DNA of 64,000 bases. Origin: Klebsormidium nitens. Lineage: Eukaryota > Plantae > Klebsormidiophyceae. The stretch is taken from NCBI GenBank assembly GCA_000708835.1, contig DF237427.1, positions 4,654-68,653 of the forward strand. Reading direction: 5' to 3'. The position numbers and the translations under genes are program-made. Within the stretch, counting starts at the first letter, position 1, and every line of letters begins with the position of its first letter. The notes under the pieces were generated by a model, which worked only from the letters and a program-made list of their open reading frames with translations, did no database searches and was not told the DNA's origin. This document shows, one piece after another, positions 36,201 to 43,833 of the stretch.

Positions 36201-39200
36201 CCCGCCTGACTAGTTCTTCCCGCGTGCTTGCGGCGGATCGCGCCGCGCGATCGAGCTCGGACGCGCGCGTCATGGAGGTGTGTTCGCGTTCGCCGAGGTT
36301 TTTCTCCCGCTCCTCTAATTTGGCTTGGAGGACTGCCAGTGCGGCGGAGTCCTTCGAGAGGCGTTCGGAGCGGGAGGCGACGTCGGACTCGCGGGCCGAG
36401 AGAGATGTCTCGAGCTCGGACTGAAGACGACTGAGTGAAAATCAGTGAACTGACAAGGAAGGCTGGAAGCAGAAAGTTTCGGACCAAAGCCGTCAGATTT
36501 TGGTAGAAGGGCGGATAGCAAGGCATAAAACTCGCTCGAAGCGTGCTAAGAACAATCTTGAGCAGAGTGTCAGCAACAACAAGGTAAGGGGAATGGTTTC
36601 AAGAGCTTCGGCTAATGCGGCCTCTCTTAAAAGGGAAAAGATGGGGCGAGTGAACCTTCAGAAACAAGATTTTGATTAGAGAGTACGGACATCAAGGATG
36701 CAAAGGAGATGTAAATATCATGCGCTTCTAGGCTTTCAATTGGGACCCTTGTCTGTTTGATTTGGACGGTACGTCCGCCGATTCCCAACGCGCCTCGCTA
36801 TCATGAAGTAAAACAAAAATTCTGAGGAAAGGACTGAAATGAACATGAAGTCGTTCTGGGTCCTTACCACCTTCTTGTCTGCTACCGCCTCCTCCCTTCT
36901 AAGCCGCTCCTCCCACTCTGTCAGCACCGCTTCCCGCTCCTCAATGTGCCTCATCGCTTCCGCTCTTACTTCTTTTCGCCACTGTTCCATCCCCTCCTCC
37001 TGAGCCACTAGCTCCGCGGCACGTGTCTGCACCGCACGCCGTTCTGACAGAACGGCTGCCGCCTCTGCTTTCGTGTCGGCAGCTTCTTGAAGGGCGGCCA
37101 AAGCAGATGCTTGGATCTCCTCCGCCTGGTGGACCAGCAGAAAGTACATTCAGCTTTCGTTTTGAAAGAGAACAATCGTGATCTAGTTATTGGAAGCACG
37201 TGTCTGCACCGTGCGCCAGTTCTGACAAAACCGCCGCCGCCTCCGCTTTTGTGTCAGCGGATTCTTGGAGCGCCGCTAGAGCCGATGCTTGGATCTCTTC
37301 CGCCTGAATCAGGGAAAGAAAGGTAGTGAAACGCCTCTAAATTTCGCCTTCGAATTTTAGTCCAAAATCAAGTTGTCCTGTCGATCGCAGAGGTGTGTGT
37401 TTCCACACCGCGCCGTTCTGACAAAACCGCCGCCGCGTCCGCTTTTGTGTAAACAGCTTCTTCGAGCGCTATTAGGGCAGATGCCTTCAATCCCTACGCC
37501 TGTGGGCAGAAATGAGATGAGTAATTCTCTTGTTGAAATCATTCGCCTTGAGGTACTCTCGGCGGCACGTGTCTGCACCGCACGCTGTTTTGACAAGAAC
37601 GTTGCCGCCTCCTCTTTCCTGTCGGCGGCCTCTTGGAGCGCCGCTAGAGCGGATGCCTCAATGTCTCCTGCCAAGAAGCATTCATACAAACCAACGTCAC
37701 CTTTCCTTCGAAATAGCAAACGCCTAAACTGCTAATCTGTGGAGCTCTTGCACCTGAAGAGACAACCGACAAGAGTTCGTTGCTAAGACCAAAAACGAGC
37801 CCCGTGCAACTATATCGGAACGTCACTCGGGCCTCTTAATGCTGCACCCAGGATGTGTTCGACGGAGTTTTCGAAACCTACGACAAAGGCAGGGAGTATA
37901 GGATATCATCGGAAATTATCGAGTTCGTACTTAAGGAATTGCAGACTGGCCATGCAACATCCTGGAAGCTAGATTGAGGTGCCCGAATCAGGCTTTCAGG
38001 CTGCTGATGACGCCCCTTCCCTTACCTGCTGTTTCGCCTTCCGTGCAGCCTCTTGCGCCTCCCCTAGTTCCTTCCTCTTCTTCACCGCCTCCTCCTCCCA
38101 CTTCGCCTTCGCTTTCGCCCAGTTCTCCTCCCGGTCCGCCAGTTCCCGTTCCGCCACGCTCGTTTTCCGCCGGAATTCCCTCAGCTCCCGTTCGAGAGCT
38201 TGCTGTTCGGACGCCATTTCTGCGCGCGCTTGCTCGCGCTCGACTTCGAGGCGCGCTTTCATCGCGCCCCGCTCGCGGATCAGCGCGGCGAGTTCCTCAT
38301 TGGCGGATTCGACGGCCTGGCGAAGGCTGGCGGCTTCCTCGCGAGCGCCTGGAATGAAGAGGGTGACGCAAGAATCGTTTTTGCAAGTCTGGTAACTAAA
38401 GAGTGACTTAACAGCGGGGTGACTTAAGATAAGCACCCGGGGGACGGGTGGGGTTAGCATGGTGGTTAGGGTGGGTTCGGGTGCGGAGCGGGTGATTATC
38501 TGGGTTAGGGTTTTTAGTTTGTTTGGTCGGGGATTGTGAATCTTAAGTCACTCACCCGTTAAGTCACCCCGGAGTTACCAGTATGTTTTTGCATCGTAGT
38601 TTCGCAGGCTGTAGCGCCTCTTCGTGGCCCGCCGCGAAGTAACACGCAGATTGCGTTTCCGGAATCGACGGCCTGTCACCATCGCGGGGCATCCTTATGG
38701 GCACCTTAGGTAGAGTTGGTCATGTCAGAAAGTCCATACAACAAGGTGGCAACATATAACACGGAGACAACGGGATGAGTCTTCTAAAGTACACGCTTGT
38801 GGAGTCGATGGACGTCCTGGCGCAGGCGGGATGCTTCCTCTCGCGCACCTGGTAAGAAATGATGGTCATTTACAAACTTAAGTGACAGTTTCCCAGATTC
38901 TTATTGTTCCTAGCGCCCCACTTTGAAACAAAGCGCCTTCATCGCGCCCCGCTCTCGGATCAGCGCGGCAGGCTCACAGAGGCGGGACGGCTTCCTCCCA
39001 AGCGCCTGAAGGAGACGATAACGTGAGCTGATAGGTTGCATAAGAGGCTCGAAATTTGGTACGGCTCCCGCGCGACTTGAAGGCAGAGCGATTTTTTGGA
39101 ACACACTAATGGTCCGGCGGATTGACTTTTCCCTTAGCCCACGCGACGGCCTGGCGCAGGAGTGAGGCTTCGCTCTCTGCACGGTGAATACGGTGTTGGG

Positions 39201-42200
39201 AATGGAGGACGTACCAAGTAATCTGGCGAGCTGCTGGAGGGAGGGAGGAGACAAGGATTCAAGACTCGTCACGGTCGCAAGGTCCTTGTGCGTGGACAGA
39301 AAGAGAAAACAAAGGCGGGGACACGTTCTCGTACGGACATGCTGAACCCAAAAGGAGATGTGGGGTCCGGACATTCTCGCTAGACGAGGAGAACGACGCG
39401 CAGAGCTAGGAGTTCACAAAGTTCGTCGAACGACTCGACACCTGACCTTCTGTACCTTCGCACCGAGATGACAATCATTCTCACCTGCAAGGATACGCTC
39501 CGCCTGTGTTTTCGCCTCTTCTCTCCCCGCCCTCGCAGCGCTCTCGGCCGCCACTGCTGCGGCGCGGGCCCTATCTGCTGCGGCCGCCTCCGCCTTCATT
39601 CGTCGCAGGTCGTCCTCTATCGAGCCTCGATTCCCGTCCAACAGCTTCGCCTGAAGAAGAAAAGGTAGACAATTTGGTGGACCTACTTAAGCGTGAACTG
39701 CGCTGCCGCATTCAACTTCGCGTTCGACTGTGGCAAATCTGTCGCCAACCATTGTCCACATTTCTTCCAACTTTGCCCGTGGAAAGCGGAAAAGATAGAG
39801 GGACCAGCGCAAATGTGTGGCGTACACGAAACGCGGAATCCTGCAGCTGATCTTTTGGAGGTATTGTTCGTCTTAGCCTTCAGATTGTTGCAGCAAATTT
39901 GTCTGCAATTCGCCTCGTTCAATTATGGCACCTGCAGAACGATAGGGACAGTGCTGATATCAAGCCGCACCCGTACCACAGCACCGTCTCGCACCGGGAC
40001 TCTTTCCGAGTTTATTTTGTTCAACCTGAAGCCCACGGCCACAAAATCTAGACTCTGACGTCCGGGTAGCTAGACACCAAAAGACGGGAGCGAAAATGGA
40101 ATTACATTTTCCGGAGCGCACCTGCATGGACGCATCCTGCATCGCGGCTTCCGCCCGCTGCATCTCCCTCTGCACCGCCACCTTCTGCTTCTCGATCTCC
40201 GCCCGACTTTCCGCCAGTCTCCGCTGCGCGTCTCTCTCTGTTCCTTCCAGTAACGCCTGGCGTTCCGCCAGCCCCGCTTCCCGTTCCGCTAAATTGGACT
40301 CCAGTGCTTGGACACGTGCCCACGTCGAGCGGAGCTCTTCCTCGGCGGCAGCACGCGCGCGCTCTGCCTCGGCGCGCAAAGATTCAGCGGCAGTGATCAT
40401 CTCGTCGGCGACCTGCAGAGTTAACGGACAGTTATTCGCCCAAGTACGGTAGAGCGACGGATTGAAAGAAACGAGGACCGGACAACAAGTGGAGTGGCGC
40501 GCGCGCGCTCTGCCTTGGCGCGGAGAGATTCGGCTGCGGTGATCATCTCGTCGGCGACCTGCGGGAGAAAACGACGCTCTTATTGATCGCTCACTCACGG
40601 AAGAAAGCTTATTGAGAAAGTCAAGCACTATACAATGAGAGAAGTTCTTTCTGGTGGCGCACGGGCGCGCTCAGCTTCTGCGCGGAGGGACTAGGCTGCG
40701 GTGATCATCTCGTCGGCGACCTGCAGAGTCAAGGGACCGTTACTTGGTCGCCATCCACGGTAAGAAGCGGATTAACGAATTCGAGCACCATACAACGAGA
40801 GGAGGTCTTCTCAGCTTAGCGCGTGCGCGCTCCGCTTCGGCGCGGAGCGATTCAGCTGCCGTGATCGTATCGTTGGCGACCTGCAGAGTCGAGGGCCACC
40901 AACTCGGTCGCCCAGAAGCGGATCGAGAAATCGAGCGAAGAAATAAGCAGAGTTCCTTTTTTAGCGGCGGCGTGCGCCCTGCCTTGGCGCGGAGCGACTC
41001 CGTTGCGATTATCATCTAGTCGGCGACTTGCGAAGTCGATTGCCAAACATGTGCTCCCCCACCCACGGTAGCGACAAGAATGAGAAATCGTAAACGAGCG
41101 GAGCTGTTCCGATCGGCGGCCCCACACGCCCGCTCTGCCTCAGCGCGGAGCGATTCAGCTGCGGTGATCATTTCGTCGGCGACCTGCGGGGGAAATTGAT
41201 AGCCATCTGGTCGCCCCCAGTATGACAAGCGACTCGAAGAGATCGAGCCACGTCTCTTGATCGGGATGGAAGACACAATGGCAACGTAGTATCGGGATGA
41301 ATCGAGTAAGAAGAGAACAGGTGAAATTGCAAACCTTGCGGCGAGAAGGAGCTTTGGAGACCGGAGTTGATTGTTGCGACCTTTGCTGTATTGTACTTTT
41401 CAAAGGTTATTGACCAGGACGAACTTTGTTGGTGGTGATGAATGGAGTCGGACCACTCTGAGATCACACACTCCGGGTGCGTCTCCCTTGCTTATGACCA
41501 GAACAAGCTTTCGTGACTCTTCCCGTCAATAGTCCAGCTTAGCGACCAACTCTTTTAAAGTGTTTCTTTCAAGCTTACCCACCGCATATAGAGGAGGCCC
41601 CTTTTCCGGAGAATTTCAAACGACGTTGATCAAGCATAACAAGAGAATGAGGCTACCGCCTCAAACACACCAGCTCATTCTCGGCAGCCGCTTTCTCGCT
41701 GACCTCCAGCATATGCGCCCTGACTCCTGATCACACTCCCAGAAAATAACAAAACCCTCGACTTCTCCAAAACTTCGATGACTTCCACCACGAACCAGAA
41801 GTAGAACAAGATTACTCCTCTGGACTCACCAGCTCATTCTCGGCAGCCGCTTTCTCTCTGACCTCCAGCATATGCTCCCACGCAGCCAGCTTGCTCCGGT
41901 CACTTCCCCCCTGGATGTGAAAAGCCGCGGTCTCTAGTTGTTGCCGGGCCGCAGCCAGCTTGGTTTGAACTCCGTCTTTGGGGTTCTTCACCCCGGGACC
42001 TAGCACAGTGGACACTGCAGTATAGGTTGCCGACCGACAACGAAAGCATTGGAGTCGTGGGTCAGAGTCATTCAGTAGAAATGTGCCACAGCATGACACA
42101 CAATGAAGATTGAAATTTCTTTTGCAAAGAATAATCGTACGTCATACCACCGACTTGAGATGTCCCAATATGGGCCCCAATATGCTACGACACCAGGTCC

Positions 42201-43833
42201 CAGGACGGTCCCGCTTCCGCTTTTGCAGAACTTATCCCCTCGCGAGCGGTCCTTCCTCGACGCCCAAGCAAAGGCGCTTCTATACGTACTAAGCTTACTC
42301 ATTCATATAAGACCTCACCTCTTTGAGCGACATGATGATGGTCCCCTTCTCCCCACGCAGGCTGTTCCGCGCCCCTCCTCTGCTGCCGCTCTTCCTGGTG
42401 TGAATACCCCCTCTCTCCGCGTCCATCGAGGTGTGAACTGGCACCATCCTGGACCTCACTTCGCTGGCCCCCCTGCCAAGAGTTCGCTTGCACTTTCTGC
42501 TGCAGCTCCTCCAATAAGTCCGCAGAATGCGCCTGACCAGCGGCACGGTCGGCCCCCCTTTGAGTTGCACGACGTTCAAATGACGCCCACTGAGAAAAGG
42601 TTAGAACCAAAGCTTAGGGCCACAGGTTAGAATCAAACCAACATCGAGCGTGTAAAGCTTTTGCTTATCCAGTAAATGCGCTGTACGGGTCTGTCCGGCT
42701 GCACGGTCGGCCCCCCCCGGAGATTCAAAGACGCCCGCTGAGAAAAAGGTTCGAACCAAAGGTTAGGGCCACAGGTTAGAGCGAGAGGTTATGCCAAACT
42801 AACACTGAGAATGTAAACGTTTTCGCTCCTCTGAATCCGCTGTACGCGCCTGGCCGGCGGCACGGTCGGCCCCCCACTAAGTTGCGGGACGCTCAAAGGA
42901 CGCCACCTGAGGAGGTTAGAACCAAAGTTTAGGGCCGAAGGTTAGAGCCAAAGGTTCGAGCGAAACCAACACTGAGAGTGTAATTCTAACGCTGCTTAAC
43001 GAAATTTGCTGTATGGGCCTGGCCGGCAGAACGATCGGCCCCCCTTGGAGTTGCGCGAATGACGCCCGCTGAGAAAAAGGTCAGGACCAAAGGTTTGAGC
43101 GAAAGGGTAGAGCCAAATCAGCGGTGAAAGTGTAAACCCTTTGCTCCTATGATCAGTTAGCAGTGTGTGGGCCTGGCCGGCTGCACAGTCCGCCCCCACT
43201 GGGTCGTGCGGCGTTCGAAGGACGCCCACTGAAAAATGATTATAACCCAAAGGTTCAGAGTTAAAACCTAGAACCAAACCAACATTGAGAGTTGAAACCT
43301 TTGACTCTTCTGAAAAGTCAGGCACATGCCTGGCATGGGAGGTCGGCCTCCCGCTGAGTTGTGTGGCGCTCGCACGACGTCCACTAAGAAACAGGTCAGA
43401 ACCAAAGGTTGGCGCAAAAGATTCGACACAAACCAACACCAAACATAAAGACCTTTGGCGCCTCTAACAAGTCCGCGGTATGCACCTGGCTGGCAGCTCG
43501 ATCGGGGCCCCTCTAGGCGGCGCTACATCCAAGAAATGGCATCGTGCTAGGCAGTTGGACATGGACTGGACTAAAAGCAGTCAAATGCCCGAAAACTAAA
43601 GTCTGGTTGAGGTTCGTGGGATTGTGTGCGTCATGATCAAGCATAATGGCATATCTCCTTCCGGGATGAGCAAGCTAAAGGCAGAGGGCACCTCAAAGAA
43701 GGCTTCGATGGGATAAAAGTGCTTAAAAATACGGACATGATGCTCTCACCTGCTTCTCTAGCTCCTCAAACTTGAGGAGAGCCGCGTCGGCCCCCGACGG
43801 CAGCTGGGTAGCTACGTCCCCCTGGGAGCCCAT
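15234..43833 (-). CDS. Giant E/R/A/K-rich coiled-coil protein, 31 exons, about 2,680 aa, family unassigned
   Basis: Phase-compatible GT-AG exons (+ coordinates, listed in transcript order): 43750-43833, 42319-42589, 42194-42279, 41830-41910, 40122-40412, 39485-39650, 38026-38348, 36868-37125, 36004-36420, 34483-35343, 33267-33413, 32614-32775, 31690-31837, 31143-31411, 30337-30576, 29627-29913, 28862-29024, 28006-28230, 27033-27221, 26098-26534, 24773-24941, 24180-24317, 23489-23591, 21932-22155, 21176-21331, 20142-20333, 19270-19527, 18519-18727, 17445-17766, 16833-16973, 15234-16250. Total 8034 nt with no internal stop. The first four exons and the start codon are less certain. Further 5' exons (e.g. 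around 45030-45200) are possible. Confidence 0.85.
18050..18600 (-). repeat. Tandem array: 3 echoes of the 3' end of exon 18519-18727
   Basis: Anchor gagt(c/t)gc at 18116, 18270, 18427 and 18581 (periods 154, 157, 154). Copies translate to variants of TRRLKAAKAEVEGAVLDKDAELAK. Confidence 0.9.
22156..23210 (-). repeat. Tandem array: about 6 echoes of the acceptor plus 5' half of exon 21932-22155
   Basis: Anchor cgaccct-like at 22149 (exon), 22339, 22524, 22709, 22885 and 23036. One copy reads EGRQALEAARKERAEAGTALG. Confidence 0.85.
24942..25650 (-). repeat. Tandem array: 4-5 echoes of the acceptor plus 5' part of exon 24773-24941
   Basis: Anchor gtgcggcctctctgca-like at 24931 (exon), 25056, 25203, 25343 and 25481. 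Confidence 0.9.
29546..29592. repeat. (AAACC)n pentanucleotide microsatellite
   Basis: aactaaaccaaaccaaaccgaaccagaccaaaccaaaccaaaccaaacc lies between exon 29627-29913 and its 3' echo at about 29430-29520. Confidence 0.9.
34260..34482. repeat. Recent duplication of an exon 3' end/donor with (GGAAAC/GGAACC/GGAAGC)n hexamer repeats
   Basis: The copy at 34322-34375 matches the exon end at 34472-34525 with only 2 differences in about 50 nt. Both copies are bordered by hexamer runs. Confidence 0.85.
37126..37675 (-). repeat. Tandem array: 3 echoes of the acceptor plus 5' part of exon 36868-37125
   Basis: Echo starts at 37303, 37499 and about 37667. They translate to variants of AEEIQASALAALQEAADTKAEAAAVLSE. 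Confidence 0.9.
38389..38581. mobile_element. MITE-like element with about 40-bp imperfect TIRs and a G-rich core
   Basis: Left ctggtaact..gtgacttaac..gtgacttaagat and right atcttaagtcac..gttaagtcac..agttaccag. The core is shared with 56527-56614. Confidence 0.7.
40413..41195 (-). repeat. Tandem array: 5 echoes of the acceptor plus 5' part of exon 40122-40412
   Basis: Anchor at 40411 (exon), 40557, 40719, 40879, 41027 and 41182. Copies read as variants of cag|VADEMITAAESLRAEAERAR. Confidence 0.92.
42590..43530 (-). repeat. Tandem array: about 6 copies of a 148-169 bp unit spanning the acceptor of exon 42319-42589
   Basis: Anchor gacg(c/t)c at 42582, 42730, 42899, 43061, 43221 and 43376. The unit includes gcacggtcggccccc and ggttagaaccaaagg. 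Confidence 0.85.

Noticed and set aside
15000-41500. Dozens of plus-strand Ser/Arg/Ala-rich ORFs in the track
   Set aside because: They are antisense shadows of the codon-biased minus-strand coiled-coil exons, with no independent splice or start logic
40413-43530. Regularly spaced repeats as a CRISPR-like array
   Set aside because: The repeats are diverged copies of exon ends and splice sites, the 'spacers' are homologous to each other, there are no cas genes, and the context is eukaryotic
18050-43530. Echo arrays as mis-assembly duplicates
   Set aside because: Most copies differ from each other and from the exon by many substitutions and indels. Only the two youngest echoes could be artefacts.
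15234-43833. Assignment as NMCP/CRWN, myosin, kinesin or rootletin
   Set aside because: I recognise no motor domain or family-specific motif, and generic coiled-coil composition is not enough for a symbol
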